From Candidatus Magasanikiibacteriota bacterium (GTDB lineage Bacteria > Patescibacteriota > Patescibacteriia > Magasanikbacterales > GWA2-37-8): a stretch of 43,901 nt of DNA. The notes under the pieces are model-generated. The model searched no databases, had not been told where the DNA came from, and saw only the letters and a list, made by a program, of their open reading frames with translations. The DNA lies in assembly GCA_963840935.1 (NCBI GenBank), contig CAWJAS010000001.1:1-43901 (forward strand), written 5' to 3'. This document shows, in pieces, positions 8,633-18,758 of the stretch. Position numbers and translations under genes: made by a program. The number at the start of each line of letters is the position of its first letter. Position 1 is the stretch's first letter.

Positions 8633-9106
8633 CTATTCGCAACATTGTTGACCTGATGGGCAAACACCATTTACGGGCCTATAAGGACATGGTAAATCAG
8701 CCGGTAAACAACCGCCGCCGGCATCAGCGCAAGATTTGCTTGAACCACCAACACGCAAAGCGACAAAAGAAGTAATTGTGTAAGCCGATAAAGTTATGGC
8801 AAGCCCGATAACAGCACCGATAATAATTTTTTTCGCTTTAGTAATTTTTTCTTCATTGCCGGACGCCGTCATCCACATTAAACCACCCACTATGGTTAGC
8901 ACCAGGAAAATAGTTCCGGTTATGGCTAATACCGCCTTTATAACATTGGCGACGCTGTTTTCGAGGTCACTTTCCAAGCCAAGCCCACCCACCGCGGCAT
9001 CCAAACGAGAAGTGCCGAGGGGATCAGCCGCAAAAATAATAACTGGTATAATCAAAAAACCAACTCCTAATAGTACTCCAACCAAAAATAAAATATTTTT
9101 TTTCAT
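8633..9106 (-). CDS. VirB2/TrbC-like pilin with one C-terminal 6-Cys module
   Basis: GLMWMTASGNEEKITKAKK; tail CADAGGGC...VCPSGQQCC. Confidence 0.85.
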   Translation of the reverse strand: MKKNILFLVGVLLGVGFLIIPVIIFAADPLGTSRLDAAVGGLGLESDLENSVANVIKAVLAITGTIFLVLTIVGGLMWMTASGNEEKITKAKKIIIGAVIGLAITLSAYTITSFVALRVGGSSKSCADAGGGCLPADLPCPYRPVNGVCPSGQQCCE

Positions 9107-9123
9107 ATTATAAAAAATGAATA

Positions 9124-10065
9124 TTAATCTTTAATCTCTCCCGTGCAACAAAAATAACCTTCATAAGCGCCGAAACAGTACCCCGCCTTAATTGCGTCAC
9201 TCGACTTACAGCTTGATTCCTCTTTGACACACCATCCGCCCGCAGACCGAAGGCAATCTTTGCAACAAACGTCGCCCTTTGCGCAACCACTTTCACCAGA
9301 AACCGTACCATTATGAATGGCAAGGCAAGAACTTTCGTTTACACAAAAATTACCGGCTTTTTCACAGGCATTTTTTTCCGGGGCTTGCACATTAATATCG
9401 GCAGAAACGGCACCTTTATTAACTTCTTGCTCATATGTCTTATATTGATCGAGCGGAATACAACATTTAGTGTTTATCGAACCATAACAATAACCGCTTA
9501 GTATTTTACCTTGGCACTCTCCAACATCTGAACATTTTCCACCATATTGGCCAAAAATAATTTCGCATTTATCTTCACAACATTTTTTATTATTTTCAAT
9601 ACTATCCCAAACACATTCATTTTTACTAATACAAACTTGAGTATCTGGGCATGTCGGCTCGCACTTTGAATCGCTAACTTGAATTAAACTGTCAAAAATA
9701 AAGCTTGTCAAAGCGTAGGCCGACAAAACAATAACAAGACCGATCACCGCGGATATCATTTTGCTTTTGGCGCTTTGAACCTTTTCCGTGGAACCGGCCG
9801 CTGTCATCCAAATAAAACCGGCATACAAAATTAATAAAAAAAAGAAAATTCCGGATAGTGATAACGCAATAGAAATCAAGTAGCCCAAAATTGAAGGAAT
9901 GTCACCCGATTTGCTCAAAGCATTGCTGGACAAACCTGATTCTCGGCCTGCTGTTCCCAACCCAAAATCTGATTGAGCTAGTACTATCGGAGTAATAAAA
10001 GCAAAAAAACCAAAAACTGCTAAGACTGAAAAAATTATTTTTAAATATTTTTTATTCATAGACAT
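9124..10065 (-). CDS. VirB2/TrbC-like pilin with four tandem 6-Cys modules
   Basis: GFIWMTAAGSTEKVQSAK; 24 Cys in four C-C-C-C-CC units. Confidence 0.85.
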   Translation of the reverse strand: MSMNKKYLKIIFSVLAVFGFFAFITPIVLAQSDFGLGTAGRESGLSSNALSKSGDIPSILGYLISIALSLSGIFFFLLILYAGFIWMTAAGSTEKVQSAKSKMISAVIGLVIVLSAYALTSFIFDSLIQVSDSKCEPTCPDTQVCISKNECVWDSIENNKKCCEDKCEIIFGQYGGKCSDVGECQGKILSGYCYGSINTKCCIPLDQYKTYEQEVNKGAVSADINVQAPEKNACEKAGNFCVNESSCLAIHNGTVSGESGCAKGDVCCKDCLRSAGGWCVKEESSCKSSDAIKAGYCFGAYEGYFCCTGEIKD

Positions 10066-10066
10066 T

Positions 10067-10483
10067 TTAAGGGGAGGATGCGGGTGTCGAAGTCGTTTCT
10101 AACGGTGTGGCTGTGAATCGAGAAAAAATAAATATCGAAATTGCGTAAGAAGCAACCACAATAACAAGCCCGACAACGGCCATTTCCAAAATTTGTTTTG
10201 CTTTATCAACTTTTTCATTTGAACCCATGGCAGTCATCCACATAATTCCGCCGTATAACATCAAAAGAAAAAATATTGTTCCGACAAAACCCAAGGCAAT
10301 TTTTATTACGTTTCCAATTAATAATTCGGGAGTGCCTTTGCTTACAGCTATATCCATCAATCTTGTGCGTTCGGCGGTATCTTCTAAGCCATATTTATCT
10401 TTATCCTGAGAAAAAACTAAAATCGGCGATAAAATAATCGTTGTTGTAATAATAAAAATAGTAATCGCCTTTTTTATTGACAT
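10067..10483 (-). CDS. VirB2/TrbC-like pilin
   Basis: GIMWMTAMGSNEKVDKAK; S/T/P-rich tail. Confidence 0.85.
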   Translation of the reverse strand: MSIKKAITIFIITTTIILSPILVFSQDKDKYGLEDTAERTRLMDIAVSKGTPELLIGNVIKIALGFVGTIFFLLMLYGGIMWMTAMGSNEKVDKAKQILEMAVVGLVIVVASYAISIFIFSRFTATPLETTSTPASSP

Positions 10484-10529
10484 AAATTTTGCGATAACTT
10501 CTATTTATAAAAACTATCACAAAATTCTC

Positions 10530-10601
10530 CATCAGGGGATTGCGCGCCTATCCTTAATTTTTTGCAATATTAATTAAGAAAAGCGCGCAAATCCCCTGAT
10601 G
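10530..10601. terminator. Long imperfect stem-loop after the putative major pilin
   Basis: catcaggggattgcgcgc ... gcgcgcaaatcccctgatg inverted repeat. Confidence 0.6.
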
Positions 10602-10613
10602 AAAAAAGTCTTT

Positions 10614-11018
10614 TTATAAACCACCAGTGTTGGTAGTTGCCGTAACCAATTGGTTGATAATAAAACTGGCTAACGCGTAGGCAGACAAAATAATTGCCAA
10701 ACCAATGACGCCGGAAAAAATCCATTTTTTAGCTTCACCAACCTGTTCTTCATTACCGCCCGCTGTCATCCATTTGAAACCGCCAACCAAGATAATAACC
10801 ACGGCTACGATACCGAGAAGCCCCATGGCCACGCGGATAATTTGCGCGACTGTTGTTCGCACGTCAGTACTACCCAAACCGGTTGCCGCTCCATATTCCA
10901 AACCTAATTGTTCTGAAGTAATAGTGTCATAAGTGGTGGCCAAAGCCGGAGCGGAAAAACATAAAAATCCACCAAACACGATTGCCATTGCCGCGATAAT
11001 CATTGTTGTTTTCTTCAT
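10614..11018 (-). CDS. VirB2/TrbC-like pilin, candidate major subunit
   Basis: GFKWMTAGGNEEQVGEAKK; start MKKTT preceded by a strong GGGAGGTGA Shine-Dalgarno. Confidence 0.88.
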   Translation of the reverse strand: MKKTTMIIAAMAIVFGGFLCFSAPALATTYDTITSEQLGLEYGAATGLGSTDVRTTVAQIIRVAMGLLGIVAVVIILVGGFKWMTAGGNEEQVGEAKKWIFSGVIGLAIILSAYALASFIINQLVTATTNTGGL

Positions 11019-11138
11019 AATTTCACCTCCCTTCAAATAAACGCCCTTTTTGCCAAATTGGCAAAAAACAAGCGTGGGATATATCAAAAACTTGTATATA
11101 TTTTATATTAAATAGCTAATTTTCGCAATATATTTATT

Positions 11139-11519
11139 TTACCCGGTTTGTCTTCCGGCCAAAAAATTTAAAATAGTACTCACAAGCACATAACTGCCCA
11201 AAGCCAAAACCAAACCAACAATCGCCCAAATCATTGTACTGCTCCCTTTTTTTACTTTATCAGGATTTCCGGCTGAAGTGAGCCATTGAAATCCTCCCCA
11301 GACCATCATGACCAAAGCCAAGCCACCAATAACTCCAAGTGCGGATTTGATAATTAAACCGATTATTTGAGAGGGATTAGCACTAACTTCAATGGGATTG
11401 CTTAATTTTACTTCTTTTGTTGCCTCGCTCGCAGCCAAGCACAAATCAGAATTAAAAAAAATAATAACTAGTGAAAAAAATATAACTAATGAAAAAATAA
11501 ATATTTTTTTTCTTTTCAT
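11139..11519 (-). CDS. VirB2/TrbC-like pilin
   Basis: LSNPI ... GFQWLTSAGNPDKVKKG core. Confidence 0.85.
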   Translation of the reverse strand: MKRKKIFIFSLVIFFSLVIIFFNSDLCLAASEATKEVKLSNPIEVSANPSQIIGLIIKSALGVIGGLALVMMVWGGFQWLTSAGNPDKVKKGSSTMIWAIVGLVLALGSYVLVSTILNFLAGRQTG

Positions 11520-11523
11520 ATTT

Positions 11524-12066
11524 TTAACCGATTTTATCTAAAACAGTTTTAACAATCATATAACTCGCCGCCATTGCCACAGCTCCGAGTGTTGTCCAAA
11601 TCAATATATTTTTTGCTTTTTTTATTTGATCCGCGTTTCCTGACGACGACATCCATAAAAAACCCGAATAAATATATAATATTAAAACAATCGAGCCGAT
11701 AAATGCAAGCATGGCATTGATAGCTCTTGAAAACAAATCCGTCGGTTTACCAATGTCCATTGGATTTAAATCAGTACTAACCGATTTTATTATTTCTTTT
11801 TTTTCTTTCTCCGCCTGTTCTAGCGCGGCCGCTTCAGCTTCTGCCGTAGGATCGGGAGTTTCTGTTGTTTTAGTCAAATAATCCGCGGGAAATGCGATAC
11901 AGCATAATTGCCCGGAAGGACAAACTAGCGACATTGCCGGATCCTCGTTTTTGCCACATTTAACCTTACATGAGCCTTTGTAACCATCACTACTACACTC
12001 AAGCGCGCTCACAGCACCAGGCAATAAGAATAGTATCGATACTAATGTTATTATAATTTTTTTCAT
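11524..12066 (-). CDS. VirB2/TrbC-like pilin with an N-terminal 6-Cys module
   Basis: Signal peptide MKKII, CSSDGYKGSC...VCPSGQLCC, then GFLWMSSSGNADQIKKAK. Confidence 0.85.
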   Translation of the reverse strand: MKKIIITLVSILFLLPGAVSALECSSDGYKGSCKVKCGKNEDPAMSLVCPSGQLCCIAFPADYLTKTTETPDPTAEAEAAALEQAEKEKKEIIKSVSTDLNPMDIGKPTDLFSRAINAMLAFIGSIVLILYIYSGFLWMSSSGNADQIKKAKNILIWTTLGAVAMAASYMIVKTVLDKIG

Positions 12067-12091
12067 ATTTTGAAAACCCAGCCAAAGAAAA

Positions 12092-12547
12092 TTATTTTTT
12101 AACGAATTTAATAAGTTCAATATTGTTTAATCGATAATCCCCTTTGACTTTAATAGTATTGCTCAAAAAAGAAATCAAAGCATAAGCGCTGAAAGCCACG
12201 ATTAACCCGGCAACAGCCGCCACCATGGCCCCTGTACCTTGCTTGATTTTTTCTTGATTGCCTTGTGACATTATCAAAATAAAACCTCCGTAAACAAAAA
12301 ACATTAACGCAAGGGCCCCAATAAAAGTAAACAAATATTTGCCAATATTTATAGCCAACCATATAAAAATATTTAAATTATCGCATTCGGGTTTGCCTTT
12401 TATTTGAGACCAATCATTTGACAATAAACACTCGGGAATTATCGCGCTTTTTTCCGGAGCTGTTGTGGCTGAAAAAACCGTTCCGGCACAGACAATAAAA
12501 ACCGCCCCAATAAATATTCCCACAATAATTTTGCTCGTTAATTTCAT
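12092..12547 (-). CDS. VirB2/TrbC-like pilin
   Basis: IIPEC...C pair; GFILIMSQGNQEKIKQG core. Confidence 0.85.
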   Translation of the reverse strand: MKLTSKIIVGIFIGAVFIVCAGTVFSATTAPEKSAIIPECLLSNDWSQIKGKPECDNLNIFIWLAINIGKYLFTFIGALALMFFVYGGFILIMSQGNQEKIKQGTGAMVAAVAGLIVAFSAYALISFLSNTIKVKGDYRLNNIELIKFVKK

Positions 12548-12551
12548 ATTA

Positions 12552-13956
12552 TTACATGGTTTGATTAATTTTTGCCGCCGCTCTATTCAAAACTTCTTGA
12601 TACCACTGCGTCGGACGAGTTTCATAATTAGGTGGAACCGATAACCACTCCACAATCATATCTTTAATTGCCTGTTCGGCTGAAGAATAATTGCTACCTC
12701 TATACCAATTATCAGAGATTAACGCCTGAGATACAAACGGCTGTAAATCCAAATCTTCTTTTTGTTTATCGATCAAATAACGCAAGGCGGTCGGTCTTTT
12801 TGTGTTATTCAAATATTGTTCTACCGCGCTTGAACGAGTTAAATAATTAATAAGTCCCCAAGCTTCATTTTGATTTTTGGATTTTCCCACCACGCATTGC
12901 GCCCAATAATTAGCCACATTCACCGGATTATTCGGGTCGAGTTAAATCATCGGTAATATCCCGTAGTTTAACTGTGGGGCACGGGATTTTATTTGGACGT
13001 TATGATAGCTATAACCAAAGAAAAAAGCTGTTTTTCCCTGAATAAAACTTTCCAGCAAATCGTCCATTATCTCATTCCACGAATATGTATCGCGCGCGGG
13101 ATTGGCAAAATCCGTATAAAAAGTCATAACCGACATTGCCGGCGATTCTTACGCCGGACCCGAGACCTTGCGGAGCAATATTAAAAACGGCTCTATTGTC
13201 GCGCGAAATCATATCAACCGCGCTTTGCTTAAAAAGTACATATAAAATATCATCGACTCCGATAATATTGCCGGATGCGCCAAGAGCCGCTCCGGACTGG
13301 ACTAACTTACCCGTCTCCAAATTAAATTTTGAAATTTTTCTGGCAGCATCTTGAAACTGCTCCCAAGTAATAGGCGGTTCGGCAATTTGCGATCGGTCAA
13401 GCAAATCCTTATTATAATAAATCGCCATTGTATCCAAAGATAATGGCAAACCATAAATTTTATTATCTATAATGACATCCTTTTTAACCGTCTGCAAAAA
13501 TTCTCTGTCAATCTGAAAAGCGGTGGGCAATGCAACCGGTCTGGTATTAACTATGGTCTCAACTTGCCCGACAATATTCTTTTGGTTTACAACGGTTGTG
13601 TCCACGAAACTGGGTGGCATTGACGCAAGCTTGCTTTGAAATTTTTTCAAATCTCTCGCGTGCACCGATATTAAATCAGGCCCTTTATCTTCGGATAATG
13701 CCTCGGTCAAACGGTCATAGAGCTCATCAGCGCGCAACTGGCGGACCGTGACTTTAAGATATGGACGGGTGGCAACATATGAGGCGACTTGCGCGTTTAA
13801 CTGTTCAACATCATCATAAACAGTCCAATATTCAAGATTTATTGGCTTTGTTGCCGCTTGCTGTTCTTTGGAAAGACCCTTGCACCCAAACCCGGAAAAC
13901 ATTAAAACAGCGCAAATTACGGCGATTGAAAATAATGAATATTTATTTTTTATCAT
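12552..13956 (-). pseudogene. Extracellular sugar-type solute-binding lipoprotein, interrupted by a frameshift (~13150) and an in-frame TAA (12942-12944)
   Basis: Lipobox GFGC, GPD, YGLPLSLDTMAIYYNKDL, PPITWEQF; three ORF pieces join as GVESPAMSV... and LPMI*LDPNNPVNVANYW. May be intact if the lesions are sequencing errors. Confidence 0.75.
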
Positions 13957-13971
13957 AGTTTATTAAATTTA

Positions 13972-14832
13972 TTATACCACACCGCGCAAATACTTCCTAA
14001 ATTCCTTACTTAATTTTTTATCTCGCAAAGCAAAATCAACATTTGCTTTCAAATATCCAAGTTTTGAACCTGTATCATAGTATTCACCCTCGATTAAAGA
14101 TGCGTAAAGCGGTCTATTTTTTAATAATTTAAAAATCGCATCTACCAGCCACCTCTCCCCGCCTTTGCCTAATTTTGTATTTTCCAAAGCTTCAAAAATA
14201 TCAGGCGTCAATATGTATCCGCCCAAACTGGCAAGACGAGAAGGCGCTTTTTCCGGCCCTGGTTTTTCTACAATATTTTTTACCTGATAAACTTTTTTCT
14301 CAACCTCAATTCCGTCAATTATGCCGTATTTCTTTGTGCCATCTTTATCCACTTTATATGCGGTAAGCACTGGATCGCCATATTTTTCATACACGTCAAT
14401 TAATTGTTTTAATTGAGATTTTTTTGGCGTATAAAAAAATTCATCTCCCCACATAACCGCAAACGGCTCATTACCAATAATCGGTTTGGCGCAAAGCACC
14501 GGCGTTCCATTTCCATAAGGCCCCCTCTGACGGATAAAAATAAAATTTGCCATATCAGCTATTTTTTTGACTTCTTCAGCGACCTCTTCTTTACCTGTTT
14601 TTTTCAAAAGACTGATTAGTTCATAATTCGGGCTAAAATGATCTTCCACCGCTCTTTTGCTTGGTCCGGTAATAAAAATAATATCTTCAATCCCCGCTCT
14701 AATCGCATCTTCAACCACATATTGAATAATCGGCTTATCAACAACCGGCAACATTTCTTTTGGCTGAGCCTTGGTGGCCGGTAAAAATCTGGTCCCGACT
14801 CCGGCGACCGGAATAACGACTTTTTTTATCAT
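13972..14832 (-). CDS. galU: UTP--glucose-1-phosphate uridylyltransferase
   Basis: GVGTRFLPATKAQPKEMLPVVDKP and VEKP motifs. Confidence 0.95.
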   Translation of the reverse strand: MIKKVVIPVAGVGTRFLPATKAQPKEMLPVVDKPIIQYVVEDAIRAGIEDIIFITGPSKRAVEDHFSPNYELISLLKKTGKEEVAEEVKKIADMANFIFIRQRGPYGNGTPVLCAKPIIGNEPFAVMWGDEFFYTPKKSQLKQLIDVYEKYGDPVLTAYKVDKDGTKKYGIIDGIEVEKKVYQVKNIVEKPGPEKAPSRLASLGGYILTPDIFEALENTKLGKGGERWLVDAIFKLLKNRPLYASLIEGEYYDTGSKLGYLKANVDFALRDKKLSKEFRKYLRGVV

Positions 14833-14896
14833 AATTTATTATTAATTTACTGATAATTCATTATAACAAACCTAAATATCACTCGCAACCGATAAA

Positions 14897-16270
14897 TCAA
14901 TTTACTTCTTCCCAGCTGATCATCACGTAATCAGAACCAACCGGAAAACTTGGTGGTGGATTAAAAGTCAAATTGGCATCATATGTTTTTGAAGTATTCC
15001 TATATCCAGAAGTAATAGACCCGCCTTGATTCACCCAACTCCAAGTCCAAATACCGGCGGAAATCACCGAGCCGAAAATAGTTAGATTATCACGCATATT
15101 ACCCGGGTAATAATATCTTTTTGTCGCACCTTTTTGAGCCAAAATAGCTGCATTAATCTCCAAATCTTCGGGAGAATTATATGACACCAAAACGTTTTGT
15201 TCGCCAATCAAACCCAGAACATGATTGCCGTCTTTTGCCAAATATGTGATGTCATCCGGAATAATAAGCGAATATCCGGGAGCGGTTGCCACTGTCGCCC
15301 GCCCGTTTACCACTCCTTTCACCCAAACCGTGTCTTCAACATAAATATAACTACTTGAAGGCATGGGGTAATTAGTGGCCGTACCCAAAGTTCTGATATC
15401 AATGCAAAAAGAATAGTATTTATTATCACCAATATCTTTGCCATTATAACAATAAGTTCTTTCCACTTTTCTCACATCAACCGTGGCATCAGATTTAAAC
15501 TCAACCAACCAGCCGGATTTGCCTGATGATGATAAATATATTCCTCCATCCTCCGCGCCTTCTTTAATGTCATCCAATTTGGTGGAAACCGCGTCAAAAT
15601 CCTTTGCCGGTACGGGGAAACTCCAATATTCAGTTGGTCCACCATCGCCCCAAATCCCCGGTTTTTCATTATTATTACAACCTTGGTGTGGTTTGCAAAT
15701 ATATGTTGGCACGGCGCTCGTAATCGGTGAGTCGGTTGTGCCGTCAAATCGAATTCCGCTATTGGCGTGAATCTTCCCATGGATAGACTCATCGTCGCCA
15801 AACCAAGCGTCTGTATTTGTTAAAAAGGAATAGTCAGTCATTGAGGGAAAACCTACACGAGCCTTAATCGTTCTCTCTGCATCTGGATAATCCGTTAGCC
15901 AACCTGTAGATTCAATGGTAACCACGCTTGAACCAATTTGAGGCGGAATAATATTCAAAGAAAAATATCCGATTGTCGCGCCATTTTTATCTTGATATGA
16001 ATGCAAATAAGGACCGGGTTCACCCGTGCCGTCCTGATAATCTTCTTTATCATGCGCCAAATGCCAACGATAGTAATTAATTCCGGCTTCGGCAATTTGA
16101 AAAGCCATTTCGCGTTTATGTTTGTAAGTGGAAGCGCGGTGCTCGCCTATTGTATAACTAAATACCGCGGTTACCACCACGGCAAAAGCCAATAAACCAA
16201 ACATTATTGAAAACAATAAAATATTTCCTCGCTTGTTCAAATTAATTTTTTTGCAAAAAAACATAAACAA
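14897..16270 (-). CDS. PilX-like type IV minor pilin / pilus assembly protein
   Basis: KRG-NILL hydrophobic N-terminus lacking Glu5, AFQIAEAGI, C-terminal SWEE. Confidence 0.75.
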   Translation of the reverse strand: MFMFFCKKINLNKRGNILLFSIMFGLLAFAVVVTAVFSYTIGEHRASTYKHKREMAFQIAEAGINYYRWHLAHDKEDYQDGTGEPGPYLHSYQDKNGATIGYFSLNIIPPQIGSSVVTIESTGWLTDYPDAERTIKARVGFPSMTDYSFLTNTDAWFGDDESIHGKIHANSGIRFDGTTDSPITSAVPTYICKPHQGCNNNEKPGIWGDGGPTEYWSFPVPAKDFDAVSTKLDDIKEGAEDGGIYLSSSGKSGWLVEFKSDATVDVRKVERTYCYNGKDIGDNKYYSFCIDIRTLGTATNYPMPSSSYIYVEDTVWVKGVVNGRATVATAPGYSLIIPDDITYLAKDGNHVLGLIGEQNVLVSYNSPEDLEINAAILAQKGATKRYYYPGNMRDNLTIFGSVISAGIWTWSWVNQGGSITSGYRNTSKTYDANLTFNPPPSFPVGSDYVMISWEEVN

Positions 16271-16885
16271 CTAATTGGTTTTCAAATTTCTTATTTGTGA
16301 TTTTGTTTCAATATGAAACGGGGCGGGAGAAATATTTGGCTCAGCTTCCAAATCCAAAGTTATCCCAATTACTTTTACCTGAGTAACATTAACCGGAACT
16401 GAAAGGGGTGGCTCATCACCCGAATAATTTTCACTATAGTAATTAAAAATAGGTGTGGTAGTGTTATAAACATCTTCCGCCACAACAACTATTTGTTCAG
16501 TACCCGTCGCGTAAATTAAAGGATTGCCCGATGGTTTTATTACTCCTTTTTTAAAATCAGTCCCGTCTAAAAAATATCTTATTCTTTCTCTATAATTATC
16601 ACTGTCAATATTGCTATAAAAAATTAATTCCTGCGCTGTTACTTTTTCTAATGGATAGGCGCCAATGGACGAGTAATTAGCGCTTCTTAATTCATTAACA
16701 AAAGTCTGAACAACGCGCCGACCGTCGTCCTGAGTTTTTAATTGTTCCCAAATAATATTTCGAGTCTTAAAACTAAAAATTAAAATAGCCGACAATGAAA
16801 GTATTACTAAAGAAAAAATACCAAGGGCGACAGCCATTTCCAGCAACGTAAAACCTTGTAAATTATTTTTAATATTTTTTTTCAT
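16271..16885 (-). CDS. Type IV prepilin-like protein (PilW/PulJ-like)
   Basis: QG-FTLLE class III signal; start reassigned to MKKNIK. Confidence 0.85.
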   Translation of the reverse strand: MKKNIKNNLQGFTLLEMAVALGIFSLVILSLSAILIFSFKTRNIIWEQLKTQDDGRRVVQTFVNELRSANYSSIGAYPLEKVTAQELIFYSNIDSDNYRERIRYFLDGTDFKKGVIKPSGNPLIYATGTEQIVVVAEDVYNTTTPIFNYYSENYSGDEPPLSVPVNVTQVKVIGITLDLEAEPNISPAPFHIETKSQIRNLKTN

Positions 16886-16886
16886 A

Positions 16887-18680
16887 CTAATCAACGGGCA
16901 ATAATATTTGCAAATCAATTGTTCCATTCACATCAACGGTACCTGTGGTCGACAAATAACCATCGCGTGAAATTTCATAAATATATGTACTAGAACTCAT
17001 GTTGTTAAAAAAACTTTGCCCCGGTGGCGTGCAACTATTGGTATAGGTAAATGCGATTTCAAACAATTGAGGCGTATTTTCTTCATCATCGGTAGACAAA
17101 AATACGCGGTAACGCAGATATCTTTCACCATTATGCCCACTGTAAATTAGGGTAGAAGTGGCTGTGTAAAAACTGGCATCTGTACCGTCTGGCCCGATAA
17201 AATCCCAGCTTTCCGGCGTGCTACTGTTGCTTGTGGCAATTTGGAACTGAACAGGGTTTGCGCCGAGTCCGGGCAATTGGTTAAGCGGGGCCCAAACAAT
17301 ATTATTAAAATTAACCGAACCGCCCATATCAAATGTTGATGACTCGAGCCAACCATTGCTAATATAATCATCTCCGATTAGCGCCAATCGCAAATCGCCG
17401 GCAGGCGAATCCACGCTGACTCCACTATTATCACTAAAATATTTTTCTTCATCTTCATATAATTCTTGTCCACTTCCGTCTGACCAATCAGTTTGGCGAG
17501 AATATCCAAGCCCGGTAATAATTGTTTCGTCGTAGCCGGAACCAAGCAATCTCACGCTTGCGTCGGATAAAGGCAAAAGAGTGCCTGAATCTTTAACACT
17601 CATTAAAAGAGAATAGTCGGTTTTTGGACGTAAAATTATATTTATTTCTTGCGCTAAGCCCGGGTTTAAATACAAAGGTAAAGCCGGAATAGTTCCCGCC
17701 ACATCATATGCCGTTCCCGAAGCCCCAAAATAATAGTCTCCCCACTCAAGTAAATTATTGTAATAATAATATCCGCTTCCATCCAATTGAAACGCATCAA
17801 TAAATTTCGGAGTGTCCGGTTCGGTACCGATTAATTTTTTGCTCCAAATATTTAATGTTTGATTCGGCAAAGCAACACAACTTGGAGTAATGGCCGATAT
17901 TCCGAGTGACGATAACAAATCAATGGAAAAATATATTTCCGTCGCTTGTTGGCTCGCCACGTTAGCTGGCAATTTAACCGGATTCAAAACCAACTCGCTT
18001 GAACTTGTGGTGTAATCATTCGAATGTTCGTCTTTTGACACATATATTTGATATCCAAGAGTGCTCGTGGGCGTATCCACTATTCTTAACCAACCGTCAT
18101 CACCAGTCGTGTCGGTCAAATCAATAGGCGGTGTTGTTGACACGTTTATTACGCGAACAGTGGCACCCGATACAGGGCGCCCGTTGGCATCAAAAACCTG
18201 AATAAACAGAGAGCCATTGAGAGTGTCTCCTTCTCTGTTTTTTGGCGCAATTATTGTGTTTAATACAAACGGCTGTTTTTGTGAGCAATCCGCGCAAATA
18301 ATAGACATTTCAACAAGTTTATAATCAGCCGACGAAGTATCTTGCGGAGTGGTTGTTACCGTGCCGTCAAACGGGTCGTCAATATTACGAATAGTCGTAA
18401 CGATATTAAAATCAATTCCATTTCTGATTATCGTTCTATCTCGCTCTAATACTCCACTTGGGACACCACTAACCAAACCGACATCTTGGTACGGCAAATT
18501 GCGCACAATTTCCAATTGCTCGCTTAAAATTGCCGTCTCCAATATGTGCACTCTTGATAAATAAATAATTTTAAACAAATATCTAACACCACCATATACT
18601 CCGGTCACAAAGATAACAAAAATAGCGACTGCGAGCATCACTTCGGTTAAAGTAAAACCACTTGAAAAATTTTTTTTCAT
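16887..18680 (-). CDS. Large type IV prepilin-like protein (PilV-like) with beta-sandwich/carboxypeptidase-regulatory-like domains
   Basis: SG-FTLTE signal, EIVRNLPY, VFDANGRPVSGATV. Confidence 0.8.
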   Translation of the reverse strand: MKKNFSSGFTLTEVMLAVAIFVIFVTGVYGGVRYLFKIIYLSRVHILETAILSEQLEIVRNLPYQDVGLVSGVPSGVLERDRTIIRNGIDFNIVTTIRNIDDPFDGTVTTTPQDTSSADYKLVEMSIICADCSQKQPFVLNTIIAPKNREGDTLNGSLFIQVFDANGRPVSGATVRVINVSTTPPIDLTDTTGDDGWLRIVDTPTSTLGYQIYVSKDEHSNDYTTSSSELVLNPVKLPANVASQQATEIYFSIDLLSSLGISAITPSCVALPNQTLNIWSKKLIGTEPDTPKFIDAFQLDGSGYYYYNNLLEWGDYYFGASGTAYDVAGTIPALPLYLNPGLAQEINIILRPKTDYSLLMSVKDSGTLLPLSDASVRLLGSGYDETIITGLGYSRQTDWSDGSGQELYEDEEKYFSDNSGVSVDSPAGDLRLALIGDDYISNGWLESSTFDMGGSVNFNNIVWAPLNQLPGLGANPVQFQIATSNSSTPESWDFIGPDGTDASFYTATSTLIYSGHNGERYLRYRVFLSTDDEENTPQLFEIAFTYTNSCTPPGQSFFNNMSSSTYIYEISRDGYLSTTGTVDVNGTIDLQILLPVD

Positions 18681-18758
18681 ATATCGAAGATATTATACCA
18701 CAAAACAGCCGACTTGATTAATCAACGATTTTTTGATAGATTATTATTTATAAACTTC

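Noticed and set aside
12942-12944. Stop-codon recoding or alternative genetic code
   Set aside because: TAA ends many genes here, TGA is also a stop (nrdD, nrdG region ATGA overlap) and Trp is TGG, so code 11 applies
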